64,000 nucleotides of DNA from a bacterium (GCA_037138655.1 JBAXHY010000001.1:6221-70220), one strand, 5' to 3'; positions 1 to 10,898 are shown, counted from the stretch's first letter. The notes: generated by a model not told the origin, from the letters alone. Numbers and translations: made by a program.

Positions 1-299
1 AGATGTTATTTCAGGGAACAAGCTTCCTAATTTTTTATACTTTAATTCAGAGCTTCTAAAATACAAATCAAAGGTAGTTAACGATATAGAACCTCCTCTT
101 GCCGGTTCTTTATATTTTCCTAAATAAGGAAGGACTCTGGTTGCGGTAGATTCTATACCTAAAGAATTTTCTAGGTATTGTTCTGCTAACTTAATGGCCG
201 GGCGTAGTTCGTTAGCCATATACCTACGAACACTGTTCGTCCAATATCCTGGCTGAAAATCTAACGATGCTCTAACCGAATCATTCATATTTTATTTTT

Positions 300-866
300 T
301 TACTTCTTGCGTTCTCTGTATGCACCCGTCGTTGTATCGACACTAATAATATCACCCGTCTTAATAAAAGCAGGTACGCGTACTTCTACTCCTGTTTCTA
401 GGGTAGCTGGTTTAGTAACATTACCACTAGTATCGCCGCGCGTTACGTCTTCTGTATATGTAACTTCTAGGTAGACGTTTTTAGGTAATTCTACGTTAAT
501 TGGTTTGTCGTCAAAACTTTGCAATATAACTTTATCACCTTCTTTAAGATAGCCCGAACCATCACCGACCATGTCGGCGCTAATTTCGAACTGTTCAAAA
601 GTTTCTTCGTTCATAAAGTAAAATACGTCACCCGTATTATACAAATACTGAACATTTTGCTTAGATACGTCTGCAGGTTCTAGTTGTTCGTTTCCTTTAA
701 AAGTCTGAGCTAAAACTTTGCCGTCTAACAAGCTTTTTATACGAAGATTAACTATACTACCGCCACGACCTACAACTTTTTGATTGTAATCTACAACTAT
801 GTAAGGAACGCCTTCCATCTGAAAAACGATGCCTTTTTTTAGTTCTGTAATACTGTATCCTGCCAT
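300..866 (-). CDS. efp: Elongation factor P
   Basis: 188 aa; typical EF-P three-domain length and KOW-like N-terminus (GxxxxGKG-like region, VDYNQKVVGRGGS). Confidence 0.85.
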   Translation of the reverse strand: MAGYSITELKKGIVFQMEGVPYIVVDYNQKVVGRGGSIVNLRIKSLLDGKVLAQTFKGNEQLEPADVSKQNVQYLYNTGDVFYFMNEETFEQFEISADMVGDGSGYLKEGDKVILQSFDDKPINVELPKNVYLEVTYTEDVTRGDTSGNVTKPATLETGVEVRVPAFIKTGDIISVDTTTGAYRERKK

Positions 867-938
867 TAAATTCTCCTGTTTAGCTATATTCTGAATCGTT
901 TTTTAAACTAATTATTTAGCCTAAATCTTTAAAAAGAA

Positions 939-1142
939 CTAGTTGCTAGAAACAAAAGGAAGTAATGCAATGTGTCGAGCGCGTTTAATTGCACGAGCCA
1001 ACTGACGTTGTTGCATTTCTGTAAGACCGGTTTTTTTGCGGCTTTCGATTTGTCCGTATTGGTTTACGTAACGCAATAATGTTTTAAAGTCTTTGTAGTC
1101 AAAAAATGCTACATCTGTTCTGTGTTTAAATATCTTTGCCAT
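939..1142 (-). CDS. rpsR: 30S ribosomal protein S18
   Basis: 67 aa basic protein with S18-like core (FKDxKxLxRYVxxxGxI...RxLARAIKRAR); canonical position next to ssb and rpsF. Confidence 0.85.
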   Translation of the reverse strand: MAKIFKHRTDVAFFDYKDFKTLLRYVNQYGQIESRKKTGLTEMQQRQLARAIKRARHIALLPFVSSN

Positions 1143-1323
1143 TTGGCTTCTCCTGGTTCTGTTGTTAAATTACTCTTGTGTTCATTAAAAATTGTATAGT
1201 CTAAAGGATTTTGAGCAGTGCGATCTGGGATGAAAGCCGATTTCAATCAGTTGAGCCGTACGCACGTACGGTGATACTTATTGACAATCGAACTTTCGCA
1301 CAGAGCGTGCACTCACAAATTCT

Positions 1324-1806
1324 TTAGAACGGGATGTCGTCGAGGTTAATAGGCTCATCGCCAATATCTTCGATAACTGGCGCAGCTTTTTTAGCTGGCT
1401 TTGGTGCGCTTGCAGCAGGTGCTTTATGCTCTTGGCCGCCATCTTCATGTCCGGCTTCTGAACGATCACCACCCTGCGCGCCACCCAAAAAGGTTACATC
1501 GCTGGCGTTAACTTCTACTTTAGTTCGCTTTACGCCGTCTTTTTCCCAGCTACTACTTTGTAAACGACCGTTAACTAGGCAGGGTCGACCCTTGCTTAGG
1601 TACTGGCTTACGCGTTCGCCCAATGGACCCCACGCAACTACGTCTACATAATCTGTAACTTCTTGCCAATTACCGTCAGTACCTTTGTAGCTTCTGTTTA
1701 GCGCAAGGCTAAAACTACAAATACTCTGACCGTTTGGTGTTGCGCGTAGCTCTGGATCCCTTGTTAGGTTTCCCATTAAGATTACTTGGTTAAAACTTCG
1801 TGCCAT
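1324..1806 (-). CDS. ssb: Single-stranded DNA-binding protein
   Basis: OB-fold N-terminus (NxVILxGNLTRDPELR), Gly-rich linker and acidic C-terminal tail ending DDIPF; sits between rpsF and rpsR. Confidence 0.9.
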   Translation of the reverse strand: MARSFNQVILMGNLTRDPELRATPNGQSICSFSLALNRSYKGTDGNWQEVTDYVDVVAWGPLGERVSQYLSKGRPCLVNGRLQSSSWEKDGVKRTKVEVNASDVTFLGGAQGGDRSEAGHEDGGQEHKAPAASAPKPAKKAAPVIEDIGDEPINLDDIPF

Positions 1807-1892
1807 AGTGGCATCCTCCTTACAAGAACTATGTCTTGGATGTTAATTGTATTATCAAAGTACGCCTGTTTGCCTATGCTAGTCAAGGACTA

Positions 1893-2321
1893 TTATTTAT
1901 CGTCGCGGTTGCTGCGTCGTCTTGGACGTTCGTCTTCGTCTTCGTCAGTCTTTTCGTCGTCGTCGTTTGCATGTTCGCCACGTGCAGCTTGTTTAGCTGC
2001 TTTTTCTACGCGAAGAGTTTCGGCTTTTTCGATCTTTTTAAGATCAGGACGAGTAATCAAAAAACGAATAACTTCGTCAGTGATATTAAGACTGTCGTTT
2101 AGCTTTTTAACACCACTTGTAGGAAGTTCAAGCGTGTAAATTACATACACTGCATGTTCTTGCTTAGCGATTTTATAGGCCATTTTTCGGTTGCCCCAAT
2201 TGTCAACTTTAACAATCTTGCCTTCTGATGCCGAAATCTGTTTTTCGACTTTTGCTGTTGCCTTTTCTAGATCAATTTCTAGATCAGGGTGGTAAAGTAC
2301 TGCTAATTCGTACTGTTCCAT
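1893..2321 (-). CDS. rpsF: 30S ribosomal protein S6 with acidic C-terminal tail
   Basis: N-terminal MxxYExxxxLxPDL S6 signature; conserved rpsF-ssb-rpsR order. Confidence 0.85.
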   Translation of the reverse strand: MEQYELAVLYHPDLEIDLEKATAKVEKQISASEGKIVKVDNWGNRKMAYKIAKQEHAVYVIYTLELPTSGVKKLNDSLNITDEVIRFLITRPDLKKIEKAETLRVEKAAKQAARGEHANDDDEKTDEDEDERPRRRSNRDDK

Positions 2322-2538
2322 AGTGTCCTTTCGTTAAAGGTGGGAAATGAATAATATTTGATATTTGATATTTGATAGTTAAAAATTTCAACTAGCTCAT
2401 ACTAAATATTATCTATTTATCAAAACTTCCTTTGGTTTCTAACTTACGTACCTAAGAGTCGTAAGCTGAAGTTAGTTTTTAATACTTATATTATATCTGT
2501 TTTAAGAGTATTTTACAAGAATAATTCCCGGATTAACC

Positions 2539-4773
2539 TTAGCGTAGTACGTCGTCAAATGGATGAGGGCCTGAATCTTGGTCTTGAATATCAACAGAAT
2601 CTTCTTCATCGGGTGCATCAGTACCAAACACTTCGTCCATACTTCTAACTAACACGTCACGAGGCTTGGCACCGCTTGCGCTACCAACTATGCCCTGTTC
2701 TTCCATTTGATCAATCAAACGGCTGGCACGTCCGTACCCAATGCGTAGGCGACGCTGTAGTAGGCTTGTGCTTGCCTTTTTATTGTCGATAACAGTTTTT
2801 ACTGCGTCTTCCCACATATCGTCATCGGCGCTGTCTTTGGCGCTATAGTCGGCCACTACGCCACCCTTGCCATTAAGTTGAACAGGTTGGCTAACAACTT
2901 CATCATCGTACTGCGGAGGTCGTTGCATACGTAAAAAGTCTGTAACTTTTTGTGTTTCTTCTAAGGTAATAAGCGCACCCTGGACACGCTTTGGTTTTGG
3001 CATGTCGGCTGTACTAAATAACATATCGCCCATTCCTAAAAGTTTTTCGGCTCCGGCGCCGTCAATAATTGTACGGCTGTCGATCTGACTTGCAACCGTA
3101 AAAGCAATACGTGCAGGTATGTTGGCCTTGATTAAACCTGTAATAACATCAACACTTGGACGCTGTGTAGCTAAAACCAAATGTATACCAACGGCACGTG
3201 CTTTTTGAGCTATTCTTACAATCAATGATTCTACGTCACGTGCTGCCATCATCATAAGATCGGCAAGTTCGTCTATGACGATTATGATATACGGCATTCG
3301 TTCGGCATTAGACGTATTATATTCTTCAATATTTCGTTTTTTATCTGCTGCCAATGCGCGGTATCGTCTTTCCATTTCTGACACTGCCCATTTTAGTGCG
3401 CTAATACACTTTTCGGGTTCTGTAATAACAGGAGTCAATAAGTGTGGAATGTCATTATAAATATTAAGTTCTACGTGCTTTGGGTCGACCAAAATAAGCT
3501 TCATATCGCTTGGACTATTGCGGTACAAAAGACTAGTTAGCAATGTGTTTACCATTACTGACTTACCGGAGTTTGTTTGACCTGCTATTAACACATGGGG
3601 CATTTTTTCTAGGTTGGCGACTACTGGAATACCAGCAATATCTCGTCCCACAACAAATCCAAGTTTGCCGCTGCCGCCTACTGTCTTCCACTGCTCACTT
3701 TCTAATACACTTGCAATACGAACAGTCGCCGCAGTTAAGTTTGGTACTTCGATACCTACTGCTTTTTGCCCAGGAATAGGTGCCTCTATACGTATACTTT
3801 GAGCCGCAAGACTATAGGCCAAGTTGTCGTCTAACGCTGCAATTTTACTAAGTTTAACTCCGGCAGGTGCCTTTATGGTGTACTGCGTAACGCGTGGACC
3901 AACGTTAGCCCCTTCCATTTCTACTTCATAATTAAAGTTTTCGAATGTTTCGCGAATAATATCTGCATTGCCGTTAACGTCACCTGCATTTGCTTTGTCT
4001 TGCTTTTGATTTAAAAGCGCTATTGGTGGAATTTGCCAATCTGCATCATTTGCAGCAGTCAACGCCTGATGATCTTCTTCTTTTAGCAATACTTTTGGCA
4101 CACTGTTTTTTAAACTACTTCTGCTTGTACTTTGTTCAAATGGAACACCTTCGGTTAATTTAAAGCCTTTTTCGGCGGCTTGTTCTTTAAGGTCAGACAG
4201 GTCAGTATCTTTGTCTGTATTTTTTAAATTCTTAAACGGTGCTTTTAGGACATACAAAATCGCAGCCATCGGCACGCCAAACGTCCAGCAAAATACTAAT
4301 ATTGTGGTTATTAAAAGAATTATAGCCGCTAAATATTTACTAAATATCGCCAGTCCTAATCCGCCAAATAGTTTACCTACCGATCCACCGTGGCCACCAG
4401 TCCAAACTGTAGTAGCAGTAGATGCGTTTATAGTTTGTGTAGCAAATGTAGCGTGCAGTAAAGACGATCCTGTTACTAACAACATGAGCATGCTTAATAT
4501 CTTTAAAAATGGAATTTTATGTTCTTCGGTTTTAAACTTGTATACACCCCAAAAAACTAAAGATACAGGTGCAAAATATGCCGCCCAACCAAAAACTGAG
4601 TAAACTCCGCTAAACATTCCCTTAGGCAAAGGTCCGCCCTGCCCAAAGCTACCTATAAGTAAAAACAATGCTACTACAAATAACATCACCGCCCAAACCC
4701 CACGTAAAAACATGTTAGGTTCGCGTTCTACTCTTACTTGTTTTTTGCTACTTCGTTTTTTCTTTTTAGCCAT
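2539..4773 (-). CDS. ftsK: DNA translocase FtsK/SpoIIIE
   Basis: 744 aa; N-terminal TM helices, Walker A GQTNSGKS, FtsK alpha/beta motor and C-terminal gamma (winged-helix) domain. Confidence 0.9.
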   Translation of the reverse strand: MAKKKKRSSKKQVRVEREPNMFLRGVWAVMLFVVALFLLIGSFGQGGPLPKGMFSGVYSVFGWAAYFAPVSLVFWGVYKFKTEEHKIPFLKILSMLMLLVTGSSLLHATFATQTINASTATTVWTGGHGGSVGKLFGGLGLAIFSKYLAAIILLITTILVFCWTFGVPMAAILYVLKAPFKNLKNTDKDTDLSDLKEQAAEKGFKLTEGVPFEQSTSRSSLKNSVPKVLLKEEDHQALTAANDADWQIPPIALLNQKQDKANAGDVNGNADIIRETFENFNYEVEMEGANVGPRVTQYTIKAPAGVKLSKIAALDDNLAYSLAAQSIRIEAPIPGQKAVGIEVPNLTAATVRIASVLESEQWKTVGGSGKLGFVVGRDIAGIPVVANLEKMPHVLIAGQTNSGKSVMVNTLLTSLLYRNSPSDMKLILVDPKHVELNIYNDIPHLLTPVITEPEKCISALKWAVSEMERRYRALAADKKRNIEEYNTSNAERMPYIIIVIDELADLMMMAARDVESLIVRIAQKARAVGIHLVLATQRPSVDVITGLIKANIPARIAFTVASQIDSRTIIDGAGAEKLLGMGDMLFSTADMPKPKRVQGALITLEETQKVTDFLRMQRPPQYDDEVVSQPVQLNGKGGVVADYSAKDSADDDMWEDAVKTVIDNKKASTSLLQRRLRIGYGRASRLIDQMEEQGIVGSASGAKPRDVLVRSMDEVFGTDAPDEEDSVDIQDQDSGPHPFDDVLR

Positions 4774-4857
4774 AGAAGTTATTATACCGTGTTTATGTTT
4801 AAGTTACCTAGGAACACTATACCACAAATATGTAAATTTTACAACTACTAATTGGAC

Positions 4858-6930
4858 TTAGTCTGTACGAGCGTCTTGTCCAAGCAGGCTTGCACGCATT
4901 TGAGCAAAGCGATCCTGTTGATCTTGAGCTTGCTGTTCGGGAGTTTTAGGCTGTTGTTCACTGCCGCGTGCTGGATGGTTGTCGTTGTTTTGCTTTTCGT
5001 TCTTACCACCAATAACGTTTATTACAGGTATAACAATCGGCGTACGCTGAGTTTGTTCGTACAAAAAGTGCGTGATATGATCTTTTAATTCTGCTTTAAA
5101 TCTGTCTAGGTCGATTCGCTTAAAGCGTTGACCTACGGCACGACGAAGTTCTGTTCGGAACAAGTTCATAAGCTCTTCGTTGTCACGCATATAAATAAAT
5201 CCACGACTAATAATGTCTGGGCTTGTTAGTAGTTGACCAGTCTTTTTGTCGACGGTCAAAATAACAGCGACTAACCCTTCTTCGGCCAAAACAAGACGGT
5301 CTTTAACTACAATGTTACTAACCAACGCGCCAGACTGGTCAACCAAAACGGTTCCGTGTGGCACTTCGCCAACCATGTCCATTTTGTCTTTAGTAAAGCT
5401 TAACACCTGACCGTTGTCGGCGTTAATTGTGTTGCCGCGTGGAATACCTTCTTCTACAGCAATTTCGATATGGTATTTTTTAGCTGTAAAGTCACCATAA
5501 ATTGGCACAAAAAACTTTGGCTTGGTCATTTTAATCATGTCACGGTATTCTTCTACGCTGGCGTGGCCAGAAACGTGGAGTGGACCACAACCGTCAATTT
5601 CGCGGGTTTCGTGCCTAAATACGTGTACGCCCTTGCGGTAAAGTTCGTCTACCATTGACCTAATAAGACTGTCGTTACCGCTGTAAGGAATAGGCGTGCT
5701 AGATAAAATAACACTGTCTTGCGCCTTAAGTTTTACGTGCTTGTGTTCGCCGGCACTCATACGCATAAGAGCACTGTTTGGTTCGCCTTGGCTACCAGTA
5801 CAAACTACTACTACATCGGTGTCCTTCATTGTTGCAACATTAGCAATTGGTACAAAAGTACCTTTTGGAACACGTACAAAGCCGTTTCGCACAGCCATTT
5901 CTAGCGTGCTAATCATGCTTCGGCCGTCCATAGCCACTTTTTTATTGTGGTGGACAGCAGCGTTAATAATCATTTGTACACGGTTCATATTGGTACTAAA
6001 CAATCCAACAAAGATACGACCTGGTGCGGTGTCCATAATGTCGACAAAGCTTTGTTCGATGGTACTTTCACTAGGGGTACGTCCTGGGCGTTCGGTAGTA
6101 GTACTTTCGGACAATAATGCCAATACGCCTTCGTTTCCTAGTTCTTCTAAACGTTCGATGTCTGTACGTTCGTGGTCTAATGGGTTTGGGTCTAACCTAA
6201 AATCGCCTGTATTAATAATGCGCCCAACAGGAGTGTCTACGATTACAATCGTGCTTCCAGGTATAGAGTGAGTTACTCTTACAAGTTCTACAAAGAACAC
6301 TCCGACTTTTAGTCGTTCGTGTGTGTTTTCGTTCATTATTACTGCACGAAGTTCAAAACCTTCAGGCATTGGCAAGCCAAAGTTCTGAAAAATTTCTTCT
6401 ACACGTCCAATAGTAAAACGACTTCCGTAAATAGGTGCCGGAAAAAGTGGCACAATGTGAGGTAATCCACCAATGTGGTCAAGGTGGCCGTGAGTAATTA
6501 CATAACCACGAATTTTACTTCGAATAGATTCTAGGTAGGTTGTGTCGCATATACCATAATTAATGCCCGGCAAATCTACACCAAGGTCGTTACCACAGTC
6601 AATTATAAGTGCGTCATTTTGGTATTCTAGTAGCATCATGTTTTTGCTACCACCACCATCCATACCGCCAATACCTATAATTTTTAAGGTAGCGCTACCA
6701 GTGTCTAGGTAATTTGCGCGTTGCGCTTGTTCGCTAGTGTCTGCTGTAAGATACTGATTTACTATTCTTTCGGCGTCGCTTTGAGTGCGTTTTTGTGCAC
6801 GTATAGCTTCGCCACGACTGGCACTTCGACTAGCGCTAGTAGTTGCCTGTAGCTTTGGTCTTGGCTGTCCGCCGTTTCTGTTGTTTTGAGGTCGGTTATT
6901 ACCGCCTTTATTCTTATTTTTTTGTTCCAT
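4858..6930 (-). CDS. rnj: Ribonuclease J (metallo-beta-lactamase/beta-CASP RNase) with low-complexity N- and C-terminal extensions
   Basis: HGHLDHIGG motif and beta-CASP region; about 100 aa N/G/Q/R-rich N-terminal extension. Confidence 0.85.
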   Translation of the reverse strand: MEQKNKNKGGNNRPQNNRNGGQPRPKLQATTSASRSASRGEAIRAQKRTQSDAERIVNQYLTADTSEQAQRANYLDTGSATLKIIGIGGMDGGGSKNMMLLEYQNDALIIDCGNDLGVDLPGINYGICDTTYLESIRSKIRGYVITHGHLDHIGGLPHIVPLFPAPIYGSRFTIGRVEEIFQNFGLPMPEGFELRAVIMNENTHERLKVGVFFVELVRVTHSIPGSTIVIVDTPVGRIINTGDFRLDPNPLDHERTDIERLEELGNEGVLALLSESTTTERPGRTPSESTIEQSFVDIMDTAPGRIFVGLFSTNMNRVQMIINAAVHHNKKVAMDGRSMISTLEMAVRNGFVRVPKGTFVPIANVATMKDTDVVVVCTGSQGEPNSALMRMSAGEHKHVKLKAQDSVILSSTPIPYSGNDSLIRSMVDELYRKGVHVFRHETREIDGCGPLHVSGHASVEEYRDMIKMTKPKFFVPIYGDFTAKKYHIEIAVEEGIPRGNTINADNGQVLSFTKDKMDMVGEVPHGTVLVDQSGALVSNIVVKDRLVLAEEGLVAVILTVDKKTGQLLTSPDIISRGFIYMRDNEELMNLFRTELRRAVGQRFKRIDLDRFKAELKDHITHFLYEQTQRTPIVIPVINVIGGKNEKQNNDNHPARGSEQQPKTPEQQAQDQQDRFAQMRASLLGQDARTD

Positions 6931-6957
6931 AAATGGTTCCTTAATTTTTAATATAAT

Positions 6958-7167
6958 TTAATTTCGAATTATTTTTTTGACGCCGTTTATTAGATTTCGG
7001 ATCGTCAGGTATGCGCTAACTAATGCTGCACAGTACAAGGCTATTGCACCAGAATCAATTGCCCACGAACTTAGTCCGTATGTGATTCCAGCAAAAACAA
7101 GTCCCATGACCAGCAGAACCCAAGGGTTCTGCATGGCGCTAGCGAATTGTTTATTATTTTTTGCCAT
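6958..7167 (-). CDS. Small hypothetical membrane protein
   Basis: 69 aa with two predicted TM helices; no recognisable family. Confidence 0.35.
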   Translation of the reverse strand: MAKNNKQFASAMQNPWVLLVMGLVFAGITYGLSSWAIDSGAIALYCAALVSAYLTIRNLINGVKKIIRN

Positions 7168-7480
7168 TTCCCACCTCTACGTTCAAATCTTTTAGAATAT
7201 CCAATGCCTGATTTTGACCATTATTTAACTCTAGTTTTCGAAGTTGCCATGCCGTCTGCTTTTTCATTATCCGGCGGGTAATCATTAGTGTTATCAAAAT
7301 AATAACTCCAAAACCGCCCCATCCAAACAATACGTCTTTCGATTTATCAGAATAGCTACTCATGAATATTACCACTATGGCAATAAGAAGACCGGTTATC
7401 CTGTCAATCACTATATTTCTCTTGTAAATCACTAGTCGTTCACCAGTTAAAAACTTACCCCATCTACCGTAAACTGCCAT
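7154..7480 (-). CDS. Hypothetical membrane protein
   Basis: 108 aa, hydrophobic core; lies between pnp and rnj. Confidence 0.4.
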   Translation of the reverse strand: MAVYGRWGKFLTGERLVIYKRNIVIDRITGLLIAIVVIFMSSYSDKSKDVLFGWGGFGVIILITLMITRRIMKKQTAWQLRKLELNNGQNQALDILKDLNVEVGNGKK

Positions 7481-7482
7481 TA

Positions 7483-9615
7483 TTATCCTTTTAGTTCTCG
7501 TTCGGCTTGTTTCATACTAAGGTTTAGTCGACCTTTTTCGTCAATTGCCATTAGTTTAACATTAACATAATCGCCGACTGAAACTACGTCACTAGGCTTA
7601 TTAACGCGTTCGTCACTCATTTCAGAAACATGCACCATGCCGTCGCGGCCTGGTAAAATTTGCACAAAGCAACCAAAATCTAGAACACTAACAACTGGTA
7701 CGTGCTTATAAATAGTTCCAACTTCTGGATCCTGTGTAATGTCACGAATCATTTGTTTAGCTGCTTCAATAGAAGCGCCGTCTGGACTAGAAATCATGAC
7801 TAGACCGTCTTCTTTGATGTCAATTTCGGCACCGGTTTCGGCAATAATCTTGTTGATCATTTCTCCGCCTTTACCAATAACTTCACGAATCTTGTCAGGG
7901 TTAATCTGAATAGTTTCTACACGTGGAGCGTATGGGCTAAGTTCGGCGCGTGGTCGATCAAGTGTAGTTAGCATGTGTGCCAATATATGCGCACGGCCTT
8001 CTATTGCCTGTTGTAATGTTTTTGCTAAAACTTCTGTTGGTAGTCCATGGACTTTCATATCCATCTGCATTGCAGTAATACCTTTTTTAGTTCCAGTAAC
8101 TTTAAAGTCCATATCGCCAGCAAAATCTTCGGCGTCTTGGATGTCTGTTAATATAACCACTTTATCGCCGTCTACAATTAATCCCATTGCAATACCGCTA
8201 ACAGGTGCTTTTAGCGGTACACCAGCATCCATAAGACTAAGTACGCTGCTACATGTAGCAGCCATACTAGTAGAACCGTGTTGGCTCATAATTTCGGTAA
8301 CAGTACGAATAGTGTATGGAAACTCTGTTTCTGATGGAATAACTGGTAGTAGTGCCCGTTCTGCTAGCGCACTGTGACCGATTTCGCGGCGTCCAGGTGA
8401 TCCCAATCGCTTAACTTCTCCTACTGTCCATCCTGGGGCGTTAAAATGGTGCATGTAGCGTTTTTCGCCCTGGAATTCCATAGTGTCAATCATTTGTGCG
8501 TAGCTAAGTGGTGCCAAAGTAGTAATGTTCATAGCCTGCGTAATACCGCGGGTAAACAAACTACTACCGTGAGCACGAGGCAAAAAGCTAACTTCGCTAG
8601 AAAGTGGACGAACTTCGGTTAGTTTTCGGCCATCAGGACGAACGCCTTCTTCAAGTATTCCAGTTCTTACATCTTTGTTGACAGCTGATGCATAAGCATC
8701 GTGATAATCGTTGCTTACTTTAGCAAATTCTTCTTCGCCTAGTTCTTCTGTAAAATGAGCCTTCATTCCTTCTAATAGTTCATGAAGAGCTGCATGACGA
8801 TCTTCGTACGCTCCACGAACTTTTTTACCCATTTTACCCTTAAGCCAAGCGTTAACGCTGGTTTGAATATCTTCGCTAGGAAGTGAAAGTGCATAATCCA
8901 ATGGCTTTACACCAAGTTTTTTAACAAGTTCTCGTTGTAAGTCTAATGCGGGCTGAAAAGCCTTTTGTGCAAGTTCTAAAGCTTCTACTACAAGCTCTTC
9001 AGACACTTCGTTTGCGCCAGCTTCTACCATCATTACGGCGTTATCTTTGCCAGCTACAAATAAGTCTAAATCACCTGCTGCTAATTGATCACGGCTAGGA
9101 AAAGCGACTAACTTACCATCTTCGGTACCAATTCGTAGGCCGGCCACAGGACCGTCATAAGGAGCACCGGCAATCATAAATGCAGCGCTTACTGCAATCA
9201 TAGCAATCGCATCAGGACGGAATGTTGGGTCCATGCTTAATACTGTTGCGATACCTTGTACTTCGTGTCTAAAACCTTTTGGCCATAGCGGTCTAATTGG
9301 GCGGTCAATAAGACGGCCTATTAAAATAGCTTCTTCGCTTGGTCGACCTTCGCGCTTAATAAATCTGCTGCCACTTATTTTGCCAGCTGCATAAAAGCGT
9401 TCTTCATATTCGATACTAAGAGGAAAATAATCAAAACCCTTTAATGGAGTCTTGCCTATCATTGCAGTACCTAAAATTACTGTTTCGCCGTATCGTACGA
9501 TTACGCTTGCGCTGGTTCTAAAACCAACTCTGTGTACTTCTAAACTAAGTTCTCGGCCACAAAAGTCAGTTTTTACGCTGACAATGTCTTTTCCTAATGG
9601 ATTGATTGTTGGCAT
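7483..9615 (-). CDS. pnp: Polyribonucleotide nucleotidyltransferase (PNPase)
   Basis: 710 aa; two RNase PH domains plus KH and S1 domains at the C-terminus; follows rpsO as in the conserved operon. Confidence 0.92.
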   Translation of the reverse strand: MPTINPLGKDIVSVKTDFCGRELSLEVHRVGFRTSASVIVRYGETVILGTAMIGKTPLKGFDYFPLSIEYEERFYAAGKISGSRFIKREGRPSEEAILIGRLIDRPIRPLWPKGFRHEVQGIATVLSMDPTFRPDAIAMIAVSAAFMIAGAPYDGPVAGLRIGTEDGKLVAFPSRDQLAAGDLDLFVAGKDNAVMMVEAGANEVSEELVVEALELAQKAFQPALDLQRELVKKLGVKPLDYALSLPSEDIQTSVNAWLKGKMGKKVRGAYEDRHAALHELLEGMKAHFTEELGEEEFAKVSNDYHDAYASAVNKDVRTGILEEGVRPDGRKLTEVRPLSSEVSFLPRAHGSSLFTRGITQAMNITTLAPLSYAQMIDTMEFQGEKRYMHHFNAPGWTVGEVKRLGSPGRREIGHSALAERALLPVIPSETEFPYTIRTVTEIMSQHGSTSMAATCSSVLSLMDAGVPLKAPVSGIAMGLIVDGDKVVILTDIQDAEDFAGDMDFKVTGTKKGITAMQMDMKVHGLPTEVLAKTLQQAIEGRAHILAHMLTTLDRPRAELSPYAPRVETIQINPDKIREVIGKGGEMINKIIAETGAEIDIKEDGLVMISSPDGASIEAAKQMIRDITQDPEVGTIYKHVPVVSVLDFGCFVQILPGRDGMVHVSEMSDERVNKPSDVVSVGDYVNVKLMAIDEKGRLNLSMKQAERELKG

Positions 9616-9808
9616 GAAGTAAGTTCCTTTCTTTTTTTAGTAAGGATTGGTGCTAGAAATAAGAAACAAATTTCAAATATACACTTTATTATTTAGTGAT
9701 ATATCTGTTGTTGTTTCTTACACCCAGAGGCCCGTCCTTTATTTACTTCATTCCGCGCCCGATATGTTCGGACAATAGTAGAAATAAACTAAGTTACTTA
9801 ACCGTTAA

Positions 9809-10075
9809 TTAACGGCGAAGACCAAGCTTTTTGATAAGTGCTAAGTAGCTAGCTGCGTCGTTTGCTGCGATATATTTTAATAGTTTTTTGCGTCGACCAA
9901 CCATTTGCATCAATCCACGGCGTGTTGCGTGATCTTTTTTGTTAACCTTTAAGTGTTCGGTTAATTCGATGATGCGTGAAGTTAGAACAGCTACTTGTAC
10001 TTCGGGTGCTCCGACGTCAGTTTTGCTTGCTCCGTAAATGCTAGTAATCTCTGCTTTTTTCTCTGTTGAAATCAT
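9809..10075 (-). CDS. rpsO: 30S ribosomal protein S15
   Basis: 88 aa; S15 signature (GxxxxDTGSxEVQVAxLTxRIxxLTEHLKxxKKDHxSRRGLL). Confidence 0.92.
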   Translation of the reverse strand: MISTEKKAEITSIYGASKTDVGAPEVQVAVLTSRIIELTEHLKVNKKDHATRRGLMQMVGRRKKLLKYIAANDAASYLALIKKLGLRR

Positions 10076-10136
10076 ATCTTAGTTCTTACTTTATCATATC
10101 CGTATCTGTTATGCAACAAGATTTACTAAAAACTTG

Positions 10137-10898
10137 TTACTCCGCTAATGGCTTTGTATCTGTTAATATGTTTTTTAAGATTAGCTCAAAGTCCATATTG
10201 GTCATTTTTACAGAGTTAATTAGCAAAAAATCACCTACTTTTGTACGTCGTAGATCGCTTAAATACGCTCCAACTTGCAATTTATTTCCGGCGTCCCTCG
10301 CTAGGCTTCTGATATAAGTGCCGCTGCCGACGTGAGCAACAAATTTAATAACCGGATAATTGTAATCGATTTCGCTTATCTGTTTAATTACAACTTTTCT
10401 TGGTTCTAATTTTACCGTTTCGCCTTTTCGGGCTGCCGAATAAGATCTGACTCCGCCAACTTTAATAGCACTAAACTGTGGCGGAATTTGTTCAATTTCG
10501 CCCACAAAACTCATAAGCGCCTCTTTTACTTCGTTAAGTGTAGGAATAGTCGTGCTTACCTGAGTTAAAGTGCCTTCGGCGTCGTCTGTTGTACTGTTAA
10601 ACCCAAGGTTCATAGTACATTCGTAAATCTTATCTTTTACAGTTAGTTCGGGTACTTTTTTAGTGTATTTGCCAATCGCTAAAACAAGTAAACCAGTAGC
10701 AAGTGGATCAAGTGTACCAGTATGACCTACCTTCACTTTGCGTGAAGGAGTCGCTTGTCTTTTGTCGCTAGTCGCCGGTGCTTCTGACTGAAGACTAGTA
10801 ACTAATGACTGCTGACTGCGTAGCACGCCACGAACCTTTGCAACCACGTCAAAACTTGTCCAGCCCTTTGGTTTGTCTACTAACAATAATCCATCCAT
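10137..10898 (-). CDS. truB: tRNA pseudouridine(55) synthase
   Basis: LxVDKPxGxTSFDVV and GHTGTLDPLATGLL catalytic motif. Confidence 0.9.
   Translation of the reverse strand: MDGLLLVDKPKGWTSFDVVAKVRGVLRSQQSLVTSLQSEAPATSDKRQATPSRKVKVGHTGTLDPLATGLLVLAIGKYTKKVPELTVKDKIYECTMNLGFNSTTDDAEGTLTQVSTTIPTLNEVKEALMSFVGEIEQIPPQFSAIKVGGVRSYSAARKGETVKLEPRKVVIKQISEIDYNYPVIKFVAHVGSGTYIRSLARDAGNKLQVGAYLSDLRRTKVGDFLLINSVKMTNMDFELILKNILTDTKPLAE

Noticed and set aside
1334-2139. Plus-strand ORFs (1334..1651, 1786..2139, 1836..2102) antisense to ssb and rpsF
   Set aside because: They lie fully inside well-supported ribosomal and SSB genes on the opposite strand, have low-complexity translations and no RBS. They are spurious.
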